Shown: piece by piece, positions 36,501 to 44,567 of the stretch
Layout: the number at the start of each line of letters is the position of its first letter
Position numbering within the stretch: position 1 is the stretch's first letter
Assembly: GCA_036741395.1 (NCBI GenBank)
Contig: DAINSI010000003.1
Location: forward strand, 4,711-62,064
DNA from: Candidatus Dormiibacterota bacterium
GTDB taxonomy: Bacteria > Chloroflexota > Dormibacteria > DASZGP01
Direction of reading: 5' to 3'
DNA length: 57,354 nucleotides
Made by a program: the position numbers and the translations under genes
The notes under the pieces: generated by a model
What the model saw: the letters and a program-made list of their open reading frames with translations, nothing else
Databases searched by the model: none
What the model was told of the DNA's origin: nothing

Positions 36501-38281
36501 CCGACGGGTCGCGGCAGCCGGGCTTCCCGTTGCTGCTGGCCTCGCCGGAGAAGGTCGCCAGCATTGACGCCGGGACGCACCGGGTCCACCTGAAGCCGAA
36601 CTCCGGCGCCTTCTACGGCAGCAAGATCGTCAGCTCGCCGTCGGTGGGGGACCTCCTCGGGGATGGCCACAGGGAGATCGTGCTGGGGCGCAACGAGGAG
36701 TACAGCCTGGCGTCGGACGGCGGCTACAACGCCTCGGCGGACAGCGGCGGCCTGCTCTCGCCGGTGCTGTCGCAGGTCGCCAACGAGGCCAACGGCCGGG
36801 CGTACGCGGTGTTCAGCGACGGCTACTGCCACGCCAGGACCAGCTGCCCGACCGAGCCGCCCGACCTCGTCGCCACCAACGCCTACGTCCCGGGCTGGCC
36901 GGTCAAGGTGGGTATCTTCCAGGCCGAGATCCTGCCCACAGTCGGGTCGGGCGTCGACACCCCGCCGGCGCTGATCTCGATGACCTGCCCGCAGAACAGC
37001 AGCAACGGCCTCAAGGTGGGCCTCGCGGCCAGCAACGGCCCGGCGTATGTGTTCGGCAGCGACGGCAAGTCCTGCTACGGCCAGGGGCTGGGAGTGGACG
37101 GCAAGATGCACGACCGCACCATGGGCGGCAACGGGCAGATCGGCGGCAACACCACCGACCCGCTGGCCGCGGCGGCGTTCGGCCAGGTGGTCTTCGGCGA
37201 CCTGACCGGCAACGGCGACCTGGTGCTGGTCACCGCGACGGTGGGGGCGGTGAAGGCGGTCGATGTGATCGTGGCCGCCCACCAGCTGGGCGCCCAGAAC
37301 CACATCACCGCGTGGAGCCTGAGCAGCGTCCCGCCGGCGTGCGCGGGCGCGGCCTGCGCGCCGCCGCTGCACGTGGGCTACCCGCATTACATGAACGACC
37401 TCCAGTTCCTCTCCGGACCGGCGATCGCGGACATCACCGGTGACGGCACCCAGGCGATCCTCCAGGGCAGCGCCACCACCGACCTGCGGGGGATCGACCA
37501 CAACGGCAACGAGGTCCCGGGGTGGAACAAGAACACTGGCGACTGGACCGTCGACGTGCCGGTCGTGGGGACGTTCGGGACGGCGATGAACAAGCGCGTG
37601 GCGTCCCTGACGCGCAATGGCAAGCTCTTCGTCTGGAACACCACCGCGGGTGCGTGCGCACCGGCGTCGTGGCCCAAGGCGCGGCACGACAACTGGAACA
37701 GTGGCGAGTACGAGACCAAAGCCGGCCGGCCCTCGACGGTGTCGGACCTGGGCGGGACGCGCCACGGGGGCTCGGTCCAGCTGACCTTCACCGCGCCCCA
37801 CGGTGACCTCTTCTGTGGCAATGCCCAGGGTTACGAATTCCGCTACTCGACCACGGGGCCGATCACCGATGCCAACTGGAGCCAGGCCAGCCTGGTCGGG
37901 GGCTCGTCGGTGACCCTGTCAGGGGTCGCGGGCAGCGCGGGCGCCGGCACGGCCTGCAAGGCGCAGGTGGCGGCGTTTGACGGCATCCCGGCCAACGGCC
38001 CGGTCTGGGTCGCGGTGCAGGGCGTCAACGACGCGACCCGCAAGGGTGGCAACCTGGGCGCGATCAGCAACGTCGCCTACTTCCCCGCCCCCCGCAGCAC
38101 CGCCACCGTGCCTGGCGCAACCGCGGTCAACGACGCCTGTCTGCGTTCGGGAGGGATGCCCAACACCTCGCGGGCGGGATATGTTCTCGACCTGACGGCG
38201 ATGCTGGTCCCGGTCGCCCTGGCGGCCGCCCTGCGCAGGAGGGGAAGGACCAGACCGCCAGGGGTTAGCCGGCGCGTCTGA
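33581..38281 (+). CDS. Large secreted S8 (subtilisin-like) peptidase with FG-GAP-like repeats and sorting signal
   Basis: IAVLDSG, GHGSGEA, atypical SCSSEA serine region, DNVDNDGNG, DLNGDGKLEIVVG-type repeats, GMPNTS-TM-RRR. Start TTG 33581 or GTG 33617; ORF-track start 33305 overlaps the divergent gene. Confidence 0.85.
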   Translation: MHRTQEGAGRRAVVAALLGCAAALVSPLATLADAPWPSSSGQPDKYAYQDYLRATPPIDCSAAITHAPNDFDCDDWHVSSKVDPQAGLPPMSAQELGGVMGGSVDKSFNVSTGRPDIHIAVLDSGIIWNDQGKMNDLRNKVWLNWAELPPPERADRSLFPGCDPALLPPRNQKLASPGFPTAARGFTDCYDVDHSGMFNVSDYSQDPRVNLPAHGHFCCGSTTPANNLLTPEDLIEVFSCYDATLPAGQQVGRFTGVDSQGRRVCSNSTDNVDNDGNGFPHDIAGWNFMERTNDPYDEPHYGHGSGEARDSNAEANNGGDIGTCPSCMVLPLKVGDSFIADVNEFNQAVMYGVDNQVNIIQSALGTLNSADLTQASIDYAYRNGVTFVASAADEAAGHHNQPGATENHAIVVNSVRKNEVDSSQVPLNNSFPGPNNVGRTYLLLNGCTNYGAHIIAAVESSSCSSEAVGKESGSVGLIYSVARNLVKKGLLQQYAPPTALHPDGVDISPEEVKQVVLASADNIDFEDPRPPVGRGDSPADATSPCTEVTTDPAGLPNNYGTTNAGERYRSIGGWSQYFGYGRANANCQLRTVLSGRIPPEATIETPAWFENLDTTEPSFSVTGRVAASRVPGGRYRYAVQVAYGVQPHEADFHAIDIPATHPGVQTGPISGTLATLTRAQLDQAFANYNPVTYPHPLANPNGDQTDWSNPASPYSAAPGKNQWDQYTFTLRLQVTAVDAQGKAIPGLHIGEDRKSLQHHHDDSVGANGTAVPGFPKKYNSDGGSEPVLADLLGDNQNELIFGSSTGLIHALRSDGTELPGWPVHTTPLCSSALPDSTTCPSREREPAFRDPILGPVAANSYAAVLRTVAVGDLDRTGRLQVVASDNAGYVYVYEVSAAYCAGIGKTAPCVRPNFPVHVDFRYSRQGVPGAFNRDVDNRVQFGFFASPTIADLNGDGKLEIVVGSLDRHVYVWRPDGSRQPGFPLLLASPEKVASIDAGTHRVHLKPNSGAFYGSKIVSSPSVGDLLGDGHREIVLGRNEEYSLASDGGYNASADSGGLLSPVLSQVANEANGRAYAVFSDGYCHARTSCPTEPPDLVATNAYVPGWPVKVGIFQAEILPTVGSGVDTPPALISMTCPQNSSNGLKVGLAASNGPAYVFGSDGKSCYGQGLGVDGKMHDRTMGGNGQIGGNTTDPLAAAAFGQVVFGDLTGNGDLVLVTATVGAVKAVDVIVAAHQLGAQNHITAWSLSSVPPACAGAACAPPLHVGYPHYMNDLQFLSGPAIADITGDGTQAILQGSATTDLRGIDHNGNEVPGWNKNTGDWTVDVPVVGTFGTAMNKRVASLTRNGKLFVWNTTAGACAPASWPKARHDNWNSGEYETKAGRPSTVSDLGGTRHGGSVQLTFTAPHGDLFCGNAQGYEFRYSTTGPITDANWSQASLVGGSSVTLSGVAGSAGAGTACKAQVAAFDGIPANGPVWVAVQGVNDATRKGGNLGAISNVAYFPAPRSTATVPGATAVNDACLRSGGMPNTSRAGYVLDLTAMLVPVALAAALRRRGRTRPPGVSRRV

Positions 38282-38345
38282 CCTTCGCGGTGCGGCTCCT
38301 CTCGGCTCAGCCGGGATCCACCGGATCCGGGCTTACCATCTGGGC

Positions 38346-38903
38346 GTGCGGGGAGCGCGGCTGGTCACCGGGGCGGCGTTGCTGCTGACCGTCGGCGCCT
38401 GCGCTGACAACGGTCCCCAGGGCGGATCGTCGCCGTCGTCATCCGTGGTGGCCTCGGATGGCGCGGCCACGCCGTCGGCGCTGTCAACCGCGGCGGCAAT
38501 GGCGCCGGCTCCCGCCAGGCACTGCGGCGACCCCACCGCGCACGTCTACCATCCCTACCGGCTCCAGCTGCTGGACCGTTGCCGGACCGTCAGCGGGGTC
38601 ATCGCCGCCATCCGGTCGGAGCCCGATGGCGACTACCATGTCCTGCTCCAGGTCGACCCTCCCTTCGCGTCGATGCTGCGCCCGGCCAACACCACCGGGG
38701 AGCACGGCGACCTCGTGCTGGAACCGATCTGCCAGCACGAAGTGACCCAGAGCGACGCCATCGCTCCCTGCGGCGGCGGCGTGCCGCTGATCCCCATTCC
38801 ACCGATCGGCACCCACGTGTCGGCAACGGGGACCTACGTCCTCGACAACGACCACGGCGGTTGGGCAGAGCTACACCCGCTGTTCGAGATTCACGCCGGC
38901 TGA
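38346..38903 (+). CDS. Putative lipoprotein, hypothetical
   Basis: Lipobox-like VGAC, Ser/Ala linker, EPDGDYHVLL, WAELHP; leaderless TACCAT-6nt-GTG. Confidence 0.7.
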   Translation: MRGARLVTGAALLLTVGACADNGPQGGSSPSSSVVASDGAATPSALSTAAAMAPAPARHCGDPTAHVYHPYRLQLLDRCRTVSGVIAAIRSEPDGDYHVLLQVDPPFASMLRPANTTGEHGDLVLEPICQHEVTQSDAIAPCGGGVPLIPIPPIGTHVSATGTYVLDNDHGGWAELHPLFEIHAG

Positions 38904-39673
38904 GGACGGCGACTGGGCTGCCGGCCCCGCCTGCGGAAGCGTCAACGTGAACTCGCTGCCCTGCCCCAACGCCGAGCTGACCGTGATGTCACCACCGTGC
39001 ATGCGCGCGATCTCACGAGAGAGGTAGAGCCCCAGCCCGGTCCCCGGGATGTGGCTGTTCTCTGCGGTGACCAGGCGCCCGAACCGGGTGAAGAGACGGG
39101 GCAGGTCCGCCTCGGCGATACCGATCCCCTGGTCACGCACCCGCAAGGTCGCCGACGCGTCTTCGGTTGCCACCGCCAGCCGCACCGCGCCTCCCGGGGG
39201 CGAGTACTTGAGCGCGTTGTCAATGAGGTTGACGACGATGGTCTCGAGCCGCCCGGCATCGGCGACCAGGAGCACATCGCGGCCGGGGTGCTCCAGCAGG
39301 AGCGACTGACCGGGCGCGGTCAGCGAGCCCATGGTGTCCGCCACCTGGCGCACCAGTTGGTGCAGGTCGACGGGCTCCAACTTGAGCTGTAGCTGGCTGT
39401 CCTCCAGCCGCGCCGCGTCCAGCATCTGCGATATCAGCAGGGCCATCTGGGCGGCTTTGGCGTTGAGAACGGGGAGCACCCCGCGGACCCGCGGCGGCAG
39501 TTCGCCGAGCGAGCCGTCGGTGAGCATGGCAAGGTAGCCAAGCAACACGGAAAGGGGGCCGCGCAGCTCGTGCGAGGTAGGTCCTGGAGGGTCCGCAGCA
39601 GGAACTGCAGCCCCTCGTCCGAGGTGACGAAGTTGCGAAACAGCTCGATGAACGGGGAGGTGCTGCCGGCCAC
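38871..39673 (-). pseudogene. Histidine kinase (HisKA + HATPase) with a 1-nt frameshift just before the H-box
   Basis: GTG 39673 gives MAGSTSPFIELFRNFVTSDEGLQFLLRTLQDL; the frame shifts at about 39579 into TSHELRGP...NLIDNALKYS...DQGIGI...GTGLGL. Confidence 0.75.
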
Positions 39674-39675
39674 CT

Positions 39676-41628
39676 CTACGTTTCCTCTTTCTCGGACGCT
39701 CCGATCTGCAGGGCGTCGACCACGCTGGGGTCGGCGAGGGTGGTGGTGTCGCCGAGCGCGCGCTGCTCCGCCACGTCGCGCAGCAACCGCCGCATGATCT
39801 TGCCCGAACGGGTCTTGGGCAGGTCGGGGGTGAAGTGGACGAACTTCGGTCTCGCAATCGGTGAGATGACTTTGCCGACGTGCTCGCGCACCTCGGCGCC
39901 GCGCTCCGGGGTGGGTTCCATGCCGTCGCGCAGGATTACGTACGCCACGATCGCCTGGCCGGTGGTCTCGTCGTTCATCCCCACCACCGCGGCCTCGGCC
40001 ACCGCAGGGTGGTCCACCAGCGCCGACTCGATCTCGATGGTCGAGAGGCGATGCCCACTGACATTCATGACGTCGTCGACGCGGCCCAGGAGCCAGTAAT
40101 CGCCATCGGCGTCGATGCGGGCGCCATCGCCGACGAAATACCGGCCTGGGTATCGCGACCAGTAGGTCTCCATATAGCGGTCGTGGTCGCCGTAGATCCC
40201 GCGCAGCATCGAGGGCCACGGCTGGTCGATCGTCAGGTAACCGCCGGAACCCGGTTGGACCTCGTTGCCCTCGGCGTCGACCACCGCCCCCGACACCCCC
40301 GGCAGGGGCCGGTTGGCCGAGCCCGGTTTCAGCGTCGAGACGCCGGGCAGGGGGCTGATCATGATCGCGCCGGTTTCCGTCTGCCACCACGTGTCGACCA
40401 CGGGCGCGCGGTCACCGCCGATGTGTTTGCGGTACCACAGCCACGCCTCGGGGTTGATGGGCTCGCCGACCGAGCCCAGCAGCCGGACCGATGACAGGTC
40501 ATGCCGCTGCGGCCACTGCTCGCCCCATTTCATGAAGGTGCGGATCGCGGTCGGCGCACAGTAGAGGATGCTGACCCTGTAGCGCTCGATGATCTCCCAC
40601 CAGCGATCCCTGCCGGGGGTGTCGGGGGTGCCCTCGTACATCACGCTGGTGGCGCCGTTGCAGAGCGGCCCGTAGACGATGTAGCTGTGCCCGGTGACCC
40701 AGCCGATGTCCGCGGCGCACCAGTAGACGTCGGACTCGGCCTTGAGGTCGAAGACATACCGGTGGGTGGCGCTGACGCCGGTGAGGTAACCGCCGGTGGT
40801 GTGCATGATGCCCTTGGGCTTGGCGGTGGTCCCCGACGTGTAGAGGATGTAGAGCAGGTCCTCCGCGTCCATCTCCTCGCAGGGGCACTCCGCCGCCTGC
40901 CCCGGCACGACGTCCTCCCACCATACGTCGCGACCGTCCTGCATCGCCGTCTCCAGCTCCGTCCGGCGGGCCACCAGGACGTGGGTCACCGAGGGGCAGC
41001 TCTGCAGCGCTTCGTCGACCGCGGGCTTGAGCGCTGCCGGCTGGCCCCGGCGGTTGCCACCGTCGGCGGTGATCACCACCTTCGCCTCGGCGTCCTGGAC
41101 TCGGCCGCGCAGGGCCTCCGCGGAGAAGCCCCCGAAGACCACGGTGTGTGCGGCGCCGATGCGGGCGCAGGCCAGCATCGCCACCGGCAGCTCGGGGATC
41201 ATCGGCATGTAGATCGCCACCCGGTCCCCGCGCGCGACCCCCAGCTGCTTGAGGGCGTTCGCCGTTCGGCAGACCTCCCCCAGCAACTCGCGGTAGGTGA
41301 TCGTCCGGCGGTCCCCCGGCTCGCCCTCCCAGTGGTACGCAACGCGTTCGCCCAGCCCGGCCGCGACGTGGCGGTCGAGGCAGTTGTAAGAGACATTCAG
41401 GCGGCCACCGACAAACCATTTCGCGTCCGGTGGATCCCAATCCAGCGTTCGTTCCCAGGGCTTGAACCAGGTCAGCCGGCGGGCCTCGGTCTCCCAGTAC
41501 TCGATGTGGTCCAGGTCATACAGCGCGGCCGTGGCGTTGGCAGAGGCGGCGAAACCGGGGTCGGCCGGGAAGACGCGACCGCCGCCGTAGAGGATCTCTA
41601 TCCCGCTCTCGGGTGTGGCCTCGTCCAC
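39676..41628 (-). CDS. acs: Acetyl-CoA synthetase (AMP-forming)
   Basis: [53 protein letters not shown]. Confidence 0.97.
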   Translation of the reverse strand: MDEATPESGIEILYGGGRVFPADPGFAASANATAALYDLDHIEYWETEARRLTWFKPWERTLDWDPPDAKWFVGGRLNVSYNCLDRHVAAGLGERVAYHWEGEPGDRRTITYRELLGEVCRTANALKQLGVARGDRVAIYMPMIPELPVAMLACARIGAAHTVVFGGFSAEALRGRVQDAEAKVVITADGGNRRGQPAALKPAVDEALQSCPSVTHVLVARRTELETAMQDGRDVWWEDVVPGQAAECPCEEMDAEDLLYILYTSGTTAKPKGIMHTTGGYLTGVSATHRYVFDLKAESDVYWCAADIGWVTGHSYIVYGPLCNGATSVMYEGTPDTPGRDRWWEIIERYRVSILYCAPTAIRTFMKWGEQWPQRHDLSSVRLLGSVGEPINPEAWLWYRKHIGGDRAPVVDTWWQTETGAIMISPLPGVSTLKPGSANRPLPGVSGAVVDAEGNEVQPGSGGYLTIDQPWPSMLRGIYGDHDRYMETYWSRYPGRYFVGDGARIDADGDYWLLGRVDDVMNVSGHRLSTIEIESALVDHPAVAEAAVVGMNDETTGQAIVAYVILRDGMEPTPERGAEVREHVGKVISPIARPKFVHFTPDLPKTRSGKIMRRLLRDVAEQRALGDTTTLADPSVVDALQIGASEKEET

Positions 41629-42120
41629 CTAGTGGCCCCTGAGGTGGCGCAGGCGGGCCTGGGTCACCTCCTTCTCGGCGCGGGCGCGCCCCGACCAGCC
41701 CTCGACATGGCTGAACTTGTCGGGATCGAGGTCCTTGTAGATCGAGAAGAAGTGCTCGATCTCGTTGAGCAGCTCCCTGGGGACTGCGGTGATGTCGTCC
41801 CAGTCCCGGGGGTCGAAGGTGGGGATCGCCAGCACCTTGGCGTCCAGGCCCTTCTGGTCGTGGGTGCGCAACACGCCGATGGCGCGGCAGCGGATCCGAC
41901 AGCCGGGGAAGGTGGGCTCGTCGACCAGCACCAGCACGTCCAGGGGGTCGCCGTCGCCGCCGAGCGTCTCAGGTACGAATCCATAGTCGGCCGGATAGCG
42001 AACCGAGCTGTACAGGGGGCGATCCAACCTGATGTGCCCGGTGGCGAGGTCCATCTCGTACTTATTGCGGCTCCCCTTGGGTACCTCCACCACGACATCG
42101 AACTCCAGCGTATCGGCCAT
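41629..42120 (-). CDS. ppa: Inorganic pyrophosphatase (family I)
   Basis: EVPKGSRNKYE, YPADYGF, DGDPLD, EIEHFFSIYKDL. Confidence 0.95.
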   Translation of the reverse strand: MADTLEFDVVVEVPKGSRNKYEMDLATGHIRLDRPLYSSVRYPADYGFVPETLGGDGDPLDVLVLVDEPTFPGCRIRCRAIGVLRTHDQKGLDAKVLAIPTFDPRDWDDITAVPRELLNEIEHFFSIYKDLDPDKFSHVEGWSGRARAEKEVTQARLRHLRGH

Positions 42121-42172
42121 CCCGCCATGTTCTCAGATGAACGGTATGCTGGGCGATCGTTCAGGAGGCCGC

Positions 42173-42547
42173 ATGACAACGTATTCCGACTTCAACTCAC
42201 AGCAGCCGCGTCAGATCTGGGACGGCATCCAGGGCCGGGTGATCACCGGCGAGCGGATGACCATGGCGCTGGTGGACCTGGAGCCGAACATCCAGCTGCA
42301 AGAGCACCATCACACAAACGAGCAGATGGGCTTTTTGATCCAGGGGCAGATGACCTTCACCATCGGCGGCGAGACCCGCCAGCTGAACCCGGGCGACACC
42401 TACAACATCCCGTCCAACGTCCCCCACCATGCGAGCACCGGTCCAAAGGGGTGCGTGGTGATCGACGTCTTCTCGCCGGTGCGTGAGGACTGGGAGAAGC
42501 TGCAGCGCAAGGATCCCAGCCCGAGCAACTGGCATATGGGCGGCTGA
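42173..42547 (+). CDS. Cupin domain protein
   Basis: EHHHTNEQMG...G, IPSNVPHHA, DVFSPVRED; AGGAGG RBS and TATGCT -10. Confidence 0.88.
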   Translation: MTTYSDFNSQQPRQIWDGIQGRVITGERMTMALVDLEPNIQLQEHHHTNEQMGFLIQGQMTFTIGGETRQLNPGDTYNIPSNVPHHASTGPKGCVVIDVFSPVREDWEKLQRKDPSPSNWHMGG

Positions 42548-42650
42548 TCCAGCCGGCGCGCCGAGGCGAACTGGAATCAGGACCACCTGGTGGGGGTTTA
42601 ATGATCATGGCAGCGCCGCGGTGGCGGCACCAGGCACAGTGAGAGGACAC

Positions 42651-43178
42651 ATGAGCGAGAAGGCCACGTTTGCGGCAGGTTGTTTCTGGGGCGTGGAGGC
42701 GGAGTTCCGCCAGATGCCCGGCGTCGTCGGCACCCGGGTCGGGTACATCGGCGGTGCTGGCGACAACCCCACCTACGGCGACGTCTGCAGCCACACCACG
42801 GGTCACGCCGAGGCCGTCGAGGTGGAGTTCAACCAGGGCGAGACCACCTATGAGGACCTCACCCGCAAGTTCTTCAGCCTCCACGACCCCACCCAGCTCA
42901 ACCGCCAGGGCCCCGACGTCGGCGACCAGTACCGATCCGGGGTCTTCTACCACTCGCCGGAGCAGAAGGCGGTGGCGGAGAGGATCAAGGCCGAGGAAGC
43001 GCCCCGGCACCGCAAGCCGGTGGTCACCGAGGTGACGGAGGCGGCGCGGTTCTGGGAGGCCGAGGACTACCACCAGCGCTACCTGGAGAAGCGTGGCCTC
43101 TCCAGCTGCAGCATCCCCGGCCAGGAGGTCGCCCCCGCGATGCCCGGCTGGATCCGCAAGGCATTGGGCGGCCACTAG
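42651..43178 (+). CDS. msrA: Peptide-methionine (S)-S-oxide reductase
   Basis: FAAGCFWGVE, GHAEAV, HDPTQLNRQGPDVGDQYRS, AEDYHQRY. Confidence 0.96.
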   Translation: MSEKATFAAGCFWGVEAEFRQMPGVVGTRVGYIGGAGDNPTYGDVCSHTTGHAEAVEVEFNQGETTYEDLTRKFFSLHDPTQLNRQGPDVGDQYRSGVFYHSPEQKAVAERIKAEEAPRHRKPVVTEVTEAARFWEAEDYHQRYLEKRGLSSCSIPGQEVAPAMPGWIRKALGGH

Positions 43179-43225
43179 CCTCTCACCCGGCCCCGGGGCG
43201 GGGTGCCCCCCGTACCATTGATCCC

Positions 43226-44542
43226 ATGAGCGAGGCGACGGGGGCCAGGCAAGCTCCCGCACGCACGGTGCGCTGGGAGTCCGTGCCCCAGCCCATCCGT
43301 GTCCTCGTCTACCTGCTGATCGCCCTGGTCTCCCTGCAGGTCTATCACCAGGAGCAGCTGATCTTCTCGCACATCTTCAGCGTGGCGCTGCTGTTCGTGT
43401 TTGCGGCGATCATCGCGCTGCTGCTGACCCCCCTCATCGACCGTCTCGAGCACACCGGGCTGATGCACGGTCGTCGAGGACTCTCCGTCCTGGTCGTCAA
43501 CCTCGGCCTGGTGCTGGTGATCGGCGGCGGGATCGCGCTGCTGGTGCCGCTGGTCGGTCAGCAGCTCAGCGATTTCAGGGACGAGGGACCGCGTCTCTAC
43601 GGTCGGGTGACCGCGTTCCTCAGCACCTTCCAGACCGACTTTCAGCGCTTCGGGATCAACCTGGACCTGCGCGGTGGGGGCACCTCGGCGATCGGCAGCC
43701 AGCTCTTCAACAACGCCTTCCACGCCCTGCAGAGCGCGATCAGCGCCGTCATCAACATCCTCCTGATCGCGGTGATCTCGATCTACCTCGAATCGCAGGG
43801 CCGGGAGCTGGTGGCCGCGGTCCGCCGCCTCTTCCACGCTCACCAGGAGCAGGTCGACTTCTTCTTCGTGGCCACCGGCAGCACGGTGCTGGCCTATGTG
43901 CGAGGCCAGCTGATCATGGCGCTGGTGATGGGGATCTACACCGGGCTGGCGCTCACGGTGATCGGTGTGCACTACGCCTTCGTGATCGGCATCGCGGTCT
44001 TCTTCCTGGAGTTCCTGCCGCTGATCGGGGCCCCCGTGGGGATGGCGCTGGGGGTCATCTTCGCCCTCATCCAGAGCCCTTTCCTCGGCCTCCTGGCGGC
44101 GGTGATCGGGGTCGGCGGCCACGCCATCGAGGCCTACATCATCGGCCCCCGGGTTACCGGCAACGCCACCCGCCTGCACCCCCTCGCCGCGATGGCGGCG
44201 CTGCTCATCGGCGCCGATGTCGGCGGCGTCCTGGGCGCGCTCTTCGCGGTTCCGATCGCGGGTGTCGTCAATGTCTACCTGGGTGCGCTCTACAAGTCCA
44301 GTCGCGGCCACGAGGACGCATTCGCCCTGCCCGAGCACCGCGATGCGACCATCGAGGACCTGCCCCGGCTGGGTGAGGAGATCTCCGAGGTCAAGGAGGA
44401 GGGCATGGAGGCCGAGCCGATTCCGCGGGCGCTCGCCGACCACGAGCCGCGCCGTCGAACCTCGGCCAAGCCTGGGGCGAAGCAGAGGACCGCCAAGACG
44501 GGTGCCGCCGGGACAGCCGCTCGGACCTCAAAATCGAGCTAG
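43226..44542 (+). CDS. AI-2E (PerM/UPF0118) family transporter
   Basis: Multi-TM; YVRGQL, EFLPLIG, EAYIIGPRV, LHPL, GALFAVP. Confidence 0.9.
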   Translation: MSEATGARQAPARTVRWESVPQPIRVLVYLLIALVSLQVYHQEQLIFSHIFSVALLFVFAAIIALLLTPLIDRLEHTGLMHGRRGLSVLVVNLGLVLVIGGGIALLVPLVGQQLSDFRDEGPRLYGRVTAFLSTFQTDFQRFGINLDLRGGGTSAIGSQLFNNAFHALQSAISAVINILLIAVISIYLESQGRELVAAVRRLFHAHQEQVDFFFVATGSTVLAYVRGQLIMALVMGIYTGLALTVIGVHYAFVIGIAVFFLEFLPLIGAPVGMALGVIFALIQSPFLGLLAAVIGVGGHAIEAYIIGPRVTGNATRLHPLAAMAALLIGADVGGVLGALFAVPIAGVVNVYLGALYKSSRGHEDAFALPEHRDATIEDLPRLGEEISEVKEEGMEAEPIPRALADHEPRRRTSAKPGAKQRTAKTGAAGTAARTSKSS

Positions 44543-44567
44543 CGACGCAGTGCGGTAGTCTCCCCCG

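Noticed and set aside
35990-37801. 603-aa minus ORF and other long antisense ORFs within the S8 gene
   Set aside because: High-GC shadow frames without motifs.
38871-39857. 328-aa ORF as an intact histidine kinase
   Set aside because: Its first roughly 90 residues are an off-frame read of the acs 3' end; the real 5' part is in another frame starting at 39673.
40501-42486. 661-aa plus ORF
   Set aside because: Antisense shadow of acs and ppa.
43184-43205. GC hairpin after msrA as an intrinsic terminator
   Set aside because: Has a mismatch and no U-tract; cannot be supported with confidence.
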